Assembly (NCBI RefSeq): GCF_006345805.1
Contig: NC_042998.1
Span: 61,380,001-61,444,000 of the forward strand
Reading direction: 5' to 3'
Source of the DNA: Octopus sinensis
Taxonomy: Eukaryota
DNA length: 64,000 bases
Position 1 is the first letter of the stretch, and each line of letters starts with the position of its first letter. Made by a program: the position numbers and the translations under genes. Positions 11,413 to 24,726 of the stretch are shown in pieces. The notes beneath the pieces were generated by a model that searched no databases, was not told the origin of the DNA, and saw nothing but the letters and a program-made list of their open reading frames with translations.

Positions 11413-12420
11413 GCAATGACCAAGACCTTTGGCGTTATGTCATGCTTGAGGAGAAGACCCATCAAGCCAAGCAAAATTGCAGTTGTGGCAGATGCCAGTG
11501 TCACACAATAGGCACCCATGCTGGTGGCATGTAGAAACACCCATTACACTCTCAGAGTGGTTGGTTTTAGGAAGGGCATCCAGTATCAGACTGGAGCCTG
11601 GCGAATTCTTCAAGTTTACCAGCCCTGGTCAAACCATGCAACCAAAGCCAGCATGGACAATGAACATAATATGATGATGATGATGATGATGATGGTGATG
11701 ATGGTGATGATGATGCTGATGTGTAAATCGCAGGGCTTCATGATATTTGTTCTGTTCTTTGGCCAAACCACTAAGTTACAGGGGCGTAAATACTTCAATG
11801 CCGCTTGTCAAGAAGTGGCAGGGGACAAAAACTGACACAAAGACACACACACAAACAAAACACATGCAACACACACACGTGAAGACACACACATATGCAT
11901 GAATGCATACTCACACACATACACACATGCAATACACACAGCACACACACATATATACATGCATGCACATACACACACACACAACCTGTGCACACACACA
12001 CACAACCTGCACATACACAGCACACAACCTGTGCATACACAACACAGATGCATGCACACACACATGCACACATACACGCATACACAAGCATGCCCATACA
12101 TACACATACAACACACACACGCATGCATGTGCACACACACACACTCACATGCACATGCATGCACACATGCACACACACACACACACACATCCATACATGA
12201 TAGGTTATTTTTTCAGTTTCCATCCACCAAATCCACTGACAAGGCTTTGGTTGGCCTGAGTCTGTAGGTGAAGACACTTGCCCAAGGTAGCACACAGCAG
12301 AGCTGAACCCAGAACCATGTAGTTGTGTTATATTAGTATTGTTTCCTCAATTATCAAAAAGTATGAATTCAAGCATTCTTTAATCAGTTTGAAGAAGAAT
12401 TTCCCATGTTTGTTCCATAC

Positions 12421-12564
12421 CTTGTATAGTTTATCATCCTCAATGAAGAAAAAAGAAATTCGGGAAATGGATGATTGTTCTTCACTTTTCAGATGTTGAA
12501 ATAAACTCCTTGGCAATGAAATGAAGATCTTCATTGTATCTTCTGGCTGTGAGGAGTTGTATAT
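12421..12564 (-). CDS. Adhesion GPCR exon J: GAIN subdomain B
   Basis: tttgtcAG / GTatgg, 144 nt, phase 0-0; IYNSSQPEDTMKIFISLPRSLFQHLKSEEQSSISRISFFFIEDDKLYK (IxLPxxL and RIxF...xxLF-type GAIN motifs). Confidence 0.9.
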
Positions 12565-13019
12565 CTGACAAAGGAAAGTGAAAGGAAAATCGAAATTAAT
12601 AAATAACTACTACTGCTGCTGCTGCTACTACTAATATACTACTACTACCACCACCACCACCACCACTACTACTGGAGAAGGAAAAGATGCACAGAGCTAG
12701 AAATGGAGGCGAGAGGTATGTTAGGGGTAGATATAGTGGGTGACAGAAAGAGGTAGGGGGATGTCGGTGAGAGATACGAGAGGATTTTTAGAAGAAAATA
12801 ATAAGTGGTAAAAGATGATGTTAAGAGTGCTAGATGGGTGACAAAGGAATTCTGCTCCCGTATAATTACAGCATCTGAGGAAATAGTGCTATAGCTATGA
12901 GATTATGGGGGATGGATGTAACGATGATGAGCTGTGAGGGGGCATAGACATTAATGACTTGCTTTTAGGACCTCATTTTAGCTGATATTGACAGGTCTTC
13001 TTGACCACAATGCATTTAT

Positions 13020-13605
13020 TTCTTTATTGCCCACAGGGGCTAAACATAGAGGAGACAAACAAGGAATCAGGTCAATTATATCGACCCCAGTGCATACCTG
13101 GTACTTATTTAATCGACCCCGAAAGGATAAAGCCTAAGTCGACCTCGGCGGAATTTGAACTTAGAAAGTAGCAGCAGACGAAATGCCTTTTTCTTTATTA
13201 CCCACAAGGGGTTACACATAGAGGGGACAAACAAGGACAGACATAGGTATTAAGTCGATTACATCGACCCCAGTGCGTAACTGGTACTTAATTTATCGAC
13301 CCCGAAAGGATGAAAGCCTAAGTCGACCTCGGCGGAATTTGAACTTAGAAAGTAGCAGCAGACGAAATGCCTGTTTCTTTATTACCCACAAGGGGTTACA
13401 CATAGAGGGGACAAACAAGGACAGACATAGGTATTAAGTCGATTACATCGACCCCAGTGCGTAACTGGTACTTAATTTATCGACCCTGAAAGGATGAAAG
13501 GCAAAGTCGACCTCGGCGGAATTTGAACTCACAACGTAACGGCAGACGAAATACCCTAAGCATTTTGCCCGGGGTGCTAACGTTTCTGCCAACTCCCTGC
13601 CTTGA
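13020..13605 (-). mobile_element. Tandem array (3 x about 183 bp) of a second tRNA-derived SINE family (Nin/Deu-domain-like)
   Basis: Repeated TCGACCCCAGTGCGTAACTGGTACTTAATTTATCGACCCCGAAAGGATGAAAG..GTCGACCTCGGCGGAATTTGAAC (reverse-complement B box GTTCAAATTCC); other copies at 6830, 7920-8430, 34300, 34680-35070, 44230. Confidence 0.8.
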
Positions 13606-14145
13606 GCATAACACATTGCTAATCATCCCAATCCTTTGTCATTGTTCTTTGTGCCATTTATCCTTTCCCTTCATTCTTACCTTCTCTTTTCTTTCTTCTC
13701 TCAGCTAAATTTCTATGGTATTTTTGTAATCTCCGCTGAGTAACTTCCTCTCTATAATAATTAGCAATATCTCCTTAAAACACTTGTATATTATCTTTGG
13801 TAATGCTATTCTATTATGCTGGTCACAACCATAAATATTTTAGTTATTTAAATGTTTATTTAAAATAAATAGTGCAGCCTATATTTTAACCCTAAATCCC
13901 TTAAACTAAGCTAATTAAGTAAGCCAATGAAACTGAATAAATGGTACCTTTGAAAATGCTGTCTACAGAATGCTTAAGAAAATGAAGTAAAACTGATTCG
14001 ATGCCACTGAAAGTAGTTAATATACACTTATTCTACAGGATTTCACCACAATCATTGAAACTTTGAAACAAGAATTGCTACTTATCTTTCTCTATTCTTT
14101 GCCTTTGAATTTTTAAATTCTAATCAATAATATTTGGTCCAATAA

Positions 14146-16281
14146 CACTGGTCAACAAAATGAAACTTCTTTTATTCATCAGAGTTGCTGATTGACTTTT
14201 CTGGGTTAAATTTTGATGCTGATTACGAATCTGAAGTTCGATTTCCTCTATCAGGTCACATTTTCATGTTAATGATACCTTCTGTTTTAACTTATAGAAT
14301 ACGTAAAGCATGTCTATATTAAGTATATTGAATACAAGATATGATAATTTCATGGCTTTTTATTGTACAAAATCAAAATTATTGTGTACAAATAAGTTAG
14401 AATACACTTAAATGCATAACAACTTAAAATCTTTGGGATTTGGACTTTCTATGGTGTTTTGTCTCAGGTTCATCCCTGTGTAACACCCAACAGTAGTCAG
14501 CTAACATTCTTGCATTCCGAAATCCTTGATATCGTTGTTCATCGATGCAATATCTTGATGAAAGCATTCCCCTTGCTCACCAGACACTGCTCCAAGGTTC
14601 TCTGCAAAAAAAGTCTAGATGTGAATCAAGAAAATGGACTTTTAGTGACATCCAACAGCCCAGCGTAGGAGTCTAGAAGACATTTCACTCCATTTCTAAA
14701 CTCTAGAGATCTCTTGTTGCCTAGGAAATTTTCACAGAGCCATTTGAAGGATTCCCAGGCTTTTAGCTCAATCTCATCCAGTACTGTAAGAAAGTGGTTG
14801 TCCTTCAGAAATTCTTTTATCTGAGGAGACCTAGGAATACGCCCTCCTTCAGTTTTGCCTCGGTGATTTTTGGAAATTTGGCCTTCACATATTCAAAACC
14901 TTTTGAGCTTTTCCTGGCAAGTGTCTTCACGAATTGTTTCATGAGGCCAAGCTTTATGTGATGAAGGAAAAAAAGAACATTTTCTGGGTTTAAAAGTGGC
15001 TTACTCTGGACGTTAGAAACTCCTGGCTCATATGATTTTCGCAAAGGCCACTCTGATTGCACATAGTGCTTGTTAGTTGCACGCCTGTCCCATAGGCATA
15101 AAAAGCTACAATATTTGGTGAACCCAGATGGCATTCCCATCAACATTCTAATCACCTTCAAGTCTCCACATATTTTCCAGCTGTAGTTTGTATACTTTAT
15201 GGCATTGAGGAGTACTTTCATGTTTTCATAACACTCCTTCATGTGTACTGAATGTCCTATGGGAATGGATGGTTTCTTATTGCTGTTGTGTAGTAGTACT
15301 GCCTTGAGGCTTCTCTTAGATGAATCAATGAATAAGCACCATTCAGCTGGAACATGCTCTTGGAACAAACAGCAAAATAACTCATCAGTGTTATTACTGA
15401 AACAAAGTAGTCCATCAACAGAGAAGCATGAAGTCAGGTCCCTATTTCTCTTCCTGAAATGAGTAATACAAACATCTTTCTTAAGCAGACACTTTTCTTG
15501 TAGGTGAGTTCAGCTTTATCCTTCAACAATGACAAGTCTCTAACTAAATCATTTAACTCTCCTTGAGAAAATTTCTGTGGTATGTCTTCATTTTCAATTG
15601 TGAAATCTGCATCCACTTTGGTCTCTTCCACAGCAGTAGTATTTTCTTCAGGAAACACATCTTCATCAGACATCTGAAGGCCATTTTCTGGTGGTATTGG
15701 AATAAGAAGATCATCATCGTTGTGTGGTACTGGTCTTCTTGTTGATTCCAAGTTGGGATACACAATCTTATGCTTGGTCTTTACAGTAAACCCACATACA
15801 TTAACGTTGCAGAAATAACAGTCCAAGAAATGATCCTTTGGCTCTCTCCATATCATAGGTATTGCAAACGCCATTGCTCTCTTCCTCTTATTTAGCCAAT
15901 CCCTTCGTCCATTTGAACAAACTGAACAGATGATGTGCGGGGCCCAACTCTTATCTTGTTCCCCAAGAGAGCAGCCAAAATATAACTGGTGGATCTTCTT
16001 GATTTCACTTGTGATGGCATGTTGCTGAGCTTTGGTGGTAAATGAACCACAGATATGACAAAATATATCAGGACTGTTCTTGCAATGCCTTAACATAGAA
16101 TTTACCTATATAAGAGGTTTATGTGTAGTGATATTGCTGATGGAAGTTATACACCTCTCTTATCTCATCAGAAAAACTGTGCCTGATAGAAGGAAACCGA
16201 TTATATTTTTGAAATCTGCAGACAAAACTACATATAAAACACCATGTAATATCCCTGATGAAAATTGGCTGTTGACCAGTG
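14146..16281 (-). mobile_element. Full-length Chapaev3-like (CMC) DNA transposon with frameshifted transposase
   Basis: TIRs CACTGGTCAACA / TGTTGACCAGTG with TAA duplication on both sides; ORFs 15434-16096 (CxxC, WREPKDHxxDCYFC) and 14817-15368 (FIDSSKRSLKAVLLH, ICGDLKV, HIKLGLMKQFVK), then HLDFFAENLGAVSGEQGECFHQDI; family name from recalled motifs and CAC/TWA ends. Confidence 0.8.
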
Positions 16282-16624
16282 TAATTCTTATACATCTGGT
16301 CACTCCTTTTCTGTGATGTCTGTATTCTCTGACAGCCTAATCAACCTACCTACCTTTCCAGTTAGCATGTTACATTCCAGCTTCTTTCCAGTTTTGGACT
16401 GTTGGTTTTCTTTATTTGATTAGCCCATGCTATTGGGCTACACTGTTTAGTGGCTCATCGATATTTGCACTTATGCAACATGGTAGAACCTGAAGGTTTA
16501 GTAGGGTCTCTTTTGTGTTTTGCAGTATCTTATACAAGTTGCACTACATACATACCTACAAGTACGATGTTACCATACAATAAAGTCTCCTTATGAAATA
16601 GTTGTAATGAAAGAGTATAATCCA

Positions 16625-16655
<31 letters not shown>

Positions 16656-16706
16656 CTAGGTATATATATATATATATTATATACATATATATATATATAT
16701 ATATAC

Positions 16707-16748
<42 letters not shown>

Positions 16749-16877
16749 CATATATAATATATATATATATATACATACATATATATATATAATTTTGCAT
16801 TTAAATTGTAAGCTGTGTGAAATAATGTATCATAACAGCTCTATATGACAATAAAGATATATTTTGTTCTAATGTCT

Positions 16878-18165
16878 GAGGCTGGCTAAAAGGTTTATAG
16901 GCTGACTATAAAGGAATGAGGCGAGATCTGTGAAACCTTGCATGCATTAATTTCAACCCTTCTTAATAATGGCATTGTTTTTTTTTTTGTTTTTTAGGTA
17001 AACTGACATCTGACTGTTCAAAGAAGACTTTGAAAGTAACTAGTTGTGACTTCTCTTGAAAATGGACAAAATTTGTCATCGTTGTGACATCATGTACCTG
17101 TAGAAAAAGTCTTTAGTGCCCAAGGACATTCATATCGACATAATTGCTACATATAGGGGATGACACCATGCAAAAGTGGGCAGCTGAATTCAGGATGGAA
17201 TGGACAAAATTTGTCATCGTTGTGACATCATGTACCTGTAGAAAAGTCTTTAGTTAAGGAGTGCCCCAAGGACATTCATATCGACATAATTGCTACATAT
17301 AGGGGATGACACCATGCAAAAGTGGGCAGCTGAATTCAGGATGGACAGGGAGAGTCTTGAAGACGACCTAAATTCTGAACATTTGTAACTACCACCACCG
17401 AGGAAAACATTGATCATGCTTATCCACCACATGCACAAGGCAGATTGAGCTAGTTTCGTTGAACATTTCCTAAGCCAGGATGAGTGTTGAGTTCACCACT
17501 TTGAGTCAGAGACAAAGAAACAGTCTATACAGTGGAAACACCCTTCCTCATCTGCTCCAAACAAGGCCAAGGTCGTTTCATCTGCAGGGAAGATAATGGC
17601 CTCAGTTTTTTTGGGATGCAAAAGACATTGTGGTTATTGACTATCTTCAAAAGGACCATCAATGGAGAGTGTTATGCCAACTTTCTGAGGGAGTTACAAA
17701 AGGCTATGAAAACCAAATGTCCAGGAAAACTGATGAATGTGTATTGGAGTTACAAAAGGCTATGAAAACCAAATGTCCAGGAAAACTGATGAAAGGGGTA
17801 TTGTTTCATCAGTACAATGCTCCAGTATGCAAGTCCTTGGTTTTAATGGCTGTTGTTTAATGACGGTGGCTTTGAACTGGTTGATCACCCTCCCTATTTT
17901 CCTGATTTGGCCCCATCAGACTATCATGTTTCCCAACATAAAAAAATCAGTTGACTGAGAAGGAGTATTGCAGTGATGATAATGTCATATCTGTTGTTGC
18001 TACTAGTTACTTTTGAAGTTTTCTTTCAACAGTCAGATGTCAGTTTACCTGGAAAGAAACAATGTAGTTATTAATAAGAAAGCCTGAAATTAATGCAAGC
18101 AAGATTTCACAGCTCTATCATGAATTCCTTCATAGTGAATGTATGAACTTTTCAGTTCACCCTCA
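16878..18165 (+). mobile_element. Degenerate mariner element with about 165-bp terminal inverted repeats
   Basis: AGGTAAACTGACATCTGACTGTT..AGTAACTAGT (about 16996-17044) inverted at 18002-18050; transposase remnants (SAGKIMASVF, IDYLQK, HPPYFPDLAPSDY); internal tandem duplications at 17061-17345 and 17690-17795. Confidence 0.85.
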
Positions 18166-18232
18166 TATTTTATCAACTTGAATGATTAGAATAAACAGTT
18201 AGTTAGAAAGTAATCAGAAAAAAGTATTGTAC

Positions 18233-18404
18233 CAATGTCTTGGCTTTAGTTTCAGGATTTCCAGGTAAAACACCAAAAGAAGAACCATTGAAAGTGTCGT
18301 TTTCCACTTTGATAACACCAATACCAAGATTAGAATATAAAACTGTGACTTGCTGTTCTTCCAGTGAAATCTGGTCTGGGATTGTTTCTATAATGTCCAG
18401 CATT
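18233..18404 (-). CDS. Adhesion GPCR exon I: GAIN domain
   Basis: cttatAG / GTacaa, 172 nt, phase 2-0; MLDIIETIPDQISLEEQQVTVLYSNLGIGVIKVENDTFNGSSFGVLPGNPETKAKTL. Confidence 0.88.
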
Positions 18405-18731
18405 CTATAAGAAAATCAAGAAAATAACTTTCAGTAAACAGTGTATTTTTCAAATTCGTAATTCAATACAGGTGTAATTACACTAATTTCAATTAACAAA
18501 TGTTGATATGTTGCTGTTGTTTCCTCTACTTTTGCTTTTGCTATTGTCAGTGTTAATGCAACTAATTTCATTGTTTATGCTGCTGTTGTTATGACTGCTG
18601 CTGCTGCTGCTTCTTCTTCTTCTTCTTCTTCTTCTTCTTCTTCTTCTTCTTCTTCTTCTTCTTCTTCTTCTTCTTCTTCTTCTTCTTCCTTCTCCTCCTC
18701 CTCCTAATGCTGTTCACTGTTGCTGCTGTTG

Positions 18732-18770
<39 letters not shown>

Positions 18771-18834
18771 TTACTACTACTACTACTACAACAACAACAA
18801 CAACAAAAACAACAACAAGGGATTTGAGTATTAC

Positions 18835-19066
18835 CTGGTGACACTTCTACCAGCTTGTTCTGCCCCATTCAAAATCCTCTCTGGTGTGTCTTCCATATTG
18901 TTAATACTAAGCAGTATATTGTTCAGAGTTATATTTGTGGACACCCTCGATATCAATGGCACCATTTTCTCATGAATGTCCACAGCCAAATTAAAATCTT
19001 CTTCTTTGAAATACAATGATTTCTCTGAAATATTCCTGAGCTGTCTTGAGAACTTTTCGATATTTC
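18835..19066 (-). CDS. Adhesion GPCR exon H: GAIN subdomain A (helical)
   Basis: ccattgcAG / GTaata, 232 nt, phase 1-2; NIEKFSRQLRNIS...NNILLSINNMEDTPERILNGAEQAGRSVT-R. Confidence 0.88.
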
Positions 19067-20499
19067 CTGCAATGGAAAATTCAACAGGAAATTTAATGAA
19101 ATTTGCAGTTACTTTGAGATGAAATATCAGATGTAAATTAAATGCCACAAAACAATTAAGGAATCACTGGAAGTTAATTAACAACTTCACTTCATATAAC
19201 ATAGAGATATGTTCAGTTCCTCAGTTGTGAACTCATTGTTATGGGTGGGACAGTACCACAAGAGCCAGCCAGGCTGAAGCCTGCACCAAAACAGTCACAG
19301 AAATCTGGTGCAGGCTTCAGCCTGGCCGGCTCTTGTTGTACCATCCCACCCATGCTAGCATGGAAGATGGATGTTAAACGATAATGATGATGGTGATAGC
19401 ATTGGGTGAGTTGAATGAACACTGAAATATAACACTCATCATGGAACTCCTTGTAGCTGAGTAAGGTATACATTTAGTGGTGGCTGTTTGTATTTAATGT
19501 CATTTATGAGTGATGGATAATGATACACCAACCATCACAAACAGTCATTAATTTTAGAGAAAGTATTGATGCATTGACAAGGTGAACCTAGATGAAAATA
19601 GGTCTAAGAATGAATATTGATCAGTTTTCATGAGGACCATATCACTCAGTTTGAGAAACCAAAAGGGCAATAGGATGTACTACTTTCAGTTTTTGCAAGC
19701 CCCAGATTCTCACAAAGAGACAGAACATCACCAGACAAAGTGACCACAAGCTAACAAAATAGGACTCCATTTTTATGAGGACACTGACACCATTTTGGAA
19801 GTGATGGTTAAGGCTAATGTGTATCATTGATTCAGATGACCACCACCGCCACCACCACCATCATTGCTCTAGCAGCTGAGATGTTCAGTCTGGTGGAGAA
19901 GAAATTAGTGAATCTTACCTAAATCTTGAGTAACACAGCCAGTAAAATCCATCAATTTGTACAGAAGCTTAAGAGTTTAAGGTAGATGAAGGTAGAGGTG
20001 TGAGAACTTTTTATGGACCTGTTGAGCATTCTCCACAAGAAACTCATAACAATGAGAAGAGCTACATGGCACTAGAAATGACGGAAGGAGGGAACCAGGA
20101 TGCAAGTTGCCCTTCTAGAAAATCTATGTTGATTTATGAAATAACTACTGGAGCAAAGGCACAGTAGTGAACTACCTGTTTGAAATGAGAAGTCAGCAGT
20201 CATTTCAGTACCACCTTCAGTAATAGATATAGGGAACAAGACCAGGGTAACTATCCCACCTGATCTTCCTCTCTCTGAAGCTGAGCATTTTCTCTTTATT
20301 ATGGATCTCCATTTCATGCGTGTCACATTGTCCAGTAACAAGTTTCACACTCATGCTGGTGTCCAACACTTTGTATACTTTCATAATTCTCCACCTGCAT
20401 CTAACGGACAAGACTGCTTCTCTGACCTGGGTCGCTGACCATCCCGCTGGATGTCAAACACTTGGCTAGTTCCATGTAGGTGATCAGTTCACAAACACT

Positions 20500-21880
20500 T
20501 GTTACCAGACCCTAAAACAGTGCAACTTCCAAAGCCAAACTCTCATTCCCCACCCCATTCCCTCTGACGCAATGGGGGATCTCATCATCAAAACGGTTAA
20601 CAAGGGAGGAGCTGTGGTTTTGTTGCATGAAGATCTCTACAGAGCTCATGCCTCACTACCAATAATTTGCATCCTTTACTATTCGCAAACTCATTTCCAC
20701 TTCCCTTCTATTCCACGTAATCTCCAACATCATTGTCCAGATCGCATGCACCCCTACCATTTACTTCCTCCCCATACGGCTGTGCCATTGTCTCAGCCCT
20801 ACAGAATTAATCTCCCAATATCTAACATCAACCTCATCCTCACGCCCCTCATCACTTCTCTTCTCTCCCACATTCACAACACCAACCATGCTCTTTAATT
20901 CTTTCTCTTTTACTCCTGAAACTTCCTGACTCTTGTTTACCATCAATATCAAGGCCGTCATAAATAAGGCCTCCTCACTGTCAAACATTTTTCTAGACCT
21001 CCATCCCCATTCCTACCCAACCACTTATATCCTCATCTGGTGGGCTGAACTTGTTCTCAACTAAATTGCTTTTAATTTGCTAGAGAGTTCTATTAACTGG
21101 TCTCAGGAGTGGTTATAGGAACCTGTGTGGGCCAAAACTACATAAACCTGATTGTCGGCTATGTTGAAGCCCAAATATTCTCATAGTTCACTGGTCCCAC
21201 TCCTGAGCTTTATGGTCGGTATATCAATGATTGCATCAGCACCACCTCACTCACGTGCAAAAAATTAAGCTCCTCCCTCTCTTTCATCCAGTCCTTCCAC
21301 CCCACCCTTGAATTCTCCTGCTCTATCTCCGACACCTCTGTTAACTTCCTCGATATTTCAGTTTCCATTAACTACCCCCCCTTACCACTTCCATCTACAA
21401 GAAGGATATGGACTCACGCTCCTACCTCAAATTCACTTCCTCCCACCTCACCCACACCAAATTGTCCACCTCCTACTTTCAGTTCCTCTCTCTCTCTCCA
21501 TTGGCACTCTAATGATGGCAATGACTTCCAGACAGTCCCAATTCATGGCCTGCTACTTCAACTACCATGGATGCACCCTCCACTATAATCCATGCTTCCC
21601 TCACTTATGCTTGAGTTATTGACCCTGCATCAAACCTCTCTGACTGTCCTACACTTACCCGCCTCCCCTCACCTATCCCCTCTACTCTTCCTCTTCATCA
21701 CACTATTTTATGCACTTTCTGTGCACTTTAATCCGACCCCACCACTTCCTCTTTCTTCCCCAATCCCTTCCTTCAAACACACCCAAAACCTACATGGCTT
21801 ACTGGTCTGGAGCTTTTCCCCCCTGCTTGGCAGTCAACCTCCACATAGCACCATATCCACCTTACATTAAAACAACTCAC
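20500..21880 (+). pseudogene. Degenerate Penelope-like element reverse transcriptase
   Basis: IIKTVNKGGAVV (DKG motif), SGVVIGTCVGQNYINLIVGYVE, YGRYINDCI, VNFLDISV, TSIYKK; many stops and frameshifts. Confidence 0.8.
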
Positions 21881-22628
21881 ACATATCAACTAATATACTG
21901 TGAATCATTGAAAGAGCCTCTAATTAGTCACCTGTTCTACTAGAAATAGCAACCACACTTCCACCCAAATCACACTCCTCTGCATTAGAGAGAAAATGGA
22001 ATGGTCTTGATTAATATGCTTATGCTGAGTTGAAGCTGATCTGGGACCGAACTACTTTTACTAATATTGGGTTGATGCATAATTATTGTGGCTTTTTTTT
22101 TCTTCAAAAAGTTTAGTTGAACAAACACAATAACAACATGTAACAAAAAACATCCTTAAATGATTATTCTGGAGCATGTTCACCATCCACTTCAATTACT
22201 GTTTTTGTAAAATATTGTTATTGTTTATGTTGAATAAAATTTGTAGAGAAAAAGCCGCAATAATTATGTACCAACCCAATATTATACTACATGGTTATTC
22301 CCCTTGCTCCTCTTCCTCTTGCACAGGTAAAAAGACAAAAGCTTTCCTGGTATGGTCATGTATCCTGCCACAACTCCCTGTCAAAAACCATTCTTCAGGA
22401 AACAGTTGAGGGTGGGTGAAAGAGAAACAGACAGACAGAAAAAATCCTAGTTTGCCAATCTCAAGGAGTGGACAGGTCGCAACACAGCAAACCTGCTATG
22501 TATGACAGAGAACAGAGAACAGTGACAACAGTTGACTATAAAAGTAACTAGAGATGCAACCCAACAACTGGCAGCATCATTTAAGGGATGCTGATGATGA
22601 TGATTTCGAAACACAGTTGTTCACTTAC

Positions 22629-22798
22629 CTTCATTAATGTCTTGTCTGTCGATGTCTTTGAGTTTCTGAGTGATCCATTCTGTATTGTTACACAGAGACA
22701 TTTTTGGTTTTTGCCAGACACCAGTAAATGGTTTACACTTTTGTGTTGTGTTCGAGTGGCTTGTTGGAATTCCTAGATGTAAAGCTGTGCTGTAAGAA
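22629..22798 (-). CDS. Adhesion GPCR exon G: HRM second half
   Basis: tttttcAG / GTaagt, 170 nt, phase 2-1; SYSTALHLGIPTSHSNTTQKCKPFTGVWQKPKMSLCNNTEWITQKLKDIDRQDINE-G (GxWxxPxxxxC). Confidence 0.88.
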
Positions 22799-24609
22799 CT
22801 GAAAAATAAAAGTAAAATATTGTCAGTCATGTTTATTTGTGGTTATTTTATCAATCTCACAGGAACGTAAGGAAAATATTGGTCATGCTTGGATGTGAAC
22901 TCATACTCTAGCAGGACAAACATAAATACAGAACATGTAAATAGTTTGTCCATCAACCTGTTGTTTGCACCAATTCACTGTCCACAAAAGCCTATCAAAA
23001 ACATTCCCTATCAAGATTTAACAAAAAATTACTGTCTACATCCATTTACTACTTTATGCTTTGTTATTTTTTATGATTATCTGATACAAGTTAGGTTTAA
23101 GTGGTATAAGTAATTAGGGCAATAGCCTGCTAATTAAAGTTGAGGAATGGGGTCAAATGTTCATATTCCATCTCTAGCCTTCTGTTACATTCCTAACAAC
23201 AGATTAGATTTATCATTTAACGGATCTGTATTTGCCTAGCCAAAAAATAAGTGCTCTAAGTAGTGAAGTAAAGTTGGGTCAATGAATAGGACAGTAAAAC
23301 ATGTATGATGGAATAGAGGAGTTCCCTGCTTGAAAACAACAACTAAAAAAAAAAGAAAATACAATCCACAGAACCAGGAAGAAATAAAGTTTACAGGCAG
23401 AAACATTTGACATAAATATTACATAACTAATTAGTGGTTTCAATATAGACATTATATAAATAATTATCATTATGTTATAGGTATTATATAAATAATTATT
23501 ATGTTACAGACATTATCTATATGATAATGGAGAAGGCTGTTTATTAATTAGGTATATAACAATTATTAAAAGTACTAAAAGAAAGCTATTATTAAAGGGT
23601 TGACCGTCTGAAAATATTTTTATAAATTCATGTCCTAAGAAATTTCCTATAATTTCAATTTCAAGTTTATTGAATTTTAACTTCAATTTCTCACAAATTT
23701 AAGTATTCACTGTGTCCAATTCATCACAAATTTAAATATTTATTGCATCCACTGTGGAGTATTCCATTTTCATTTACAAAGTCTCTCACTTTCTCTTTTA
23801 AGTTTTAATTCACTATTAATGTATAAACATTATTTATTGAATGAAATTCTTTTTAAATACGAGTATGATTTTTGAATGTGTGATAGCTGTGAGAAGGGCC
23901 TAGAAAGTTAGGTAATTACTATAAGAAGATGAGGAAAAATAAAACAAAATGTTACCGACAAGTACAAGTAACTTGCACCTTATTCAGTTTCCAAGCACAA
24001 CTTTAAGTGACACAATGCACACACACACACACATACACAAGCACACATGCATGCACACACACACACACATACACACATGCATGCACATGCACACACACAC
24101 ATACACACATGCATGCACACACACACACACACACGCACACACACACACAAGCACACACACCAATACACACTCGTGTACACACTTAGATACACATACACAC
24201 AAATGATTAATTAGGATTTCATTAGATTACAGTTCATGCTGAAATCTTCCTCTGAGTAAAAGTACCATGAATGCAATGTTTAAGCAGTGTTAGGCATGGA
24301 TGTGAGGTAAGATGTTTGCTTCCCAACTACATGGTTCAGGGTTCTGTCCTGCTGCGTGTCACCTTGGGCAAGTGCTTTCTCCCAAATCTTTGGACCAACC
24401 AAAGCCTTGTGAGTAGATTTGGTTGACGGAAACACATGTGTGTGTGTGTGGTGTGTGTGTGTGTGTGTGTGTGTGTGAGTATGTTTGTCCACAATACTGC
24501 TTGACAACTGGTGTTGGTTTGTTTACATCCATGTAACATAGTGGTTTGACAGAAGAGACCGGTAGAATAAGTAGGCTTAAAGAAATGCACTGGGGCTGAT
24601 TTGGTGGAG

Positions 24610-24660
<51 letters not shown>

Positions 24661-24662
<2 letters not shown>

Positions 24663-24726
24663 TTCCCATAACATTACCACAACCTAATATATATATATAT
24701 TAGGTTGTGGTAATGTTATGGGAATG
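24661..24726. repeat. Perfect 66-bp palindrome centred on (TA)n
   Basis: CATTCCCATAACATTACCACAACCTAA-(TA)n-TTAGGTTGTGGTAATGTTATGGGAATG. Confidence 0.9.

Noticed and set aside
11795-12295. Cys/His-rich ORFs (also at 23949, 42540 and 44775)
   Set aside because: Translations of (CA)n/(TG)n-derived repeats
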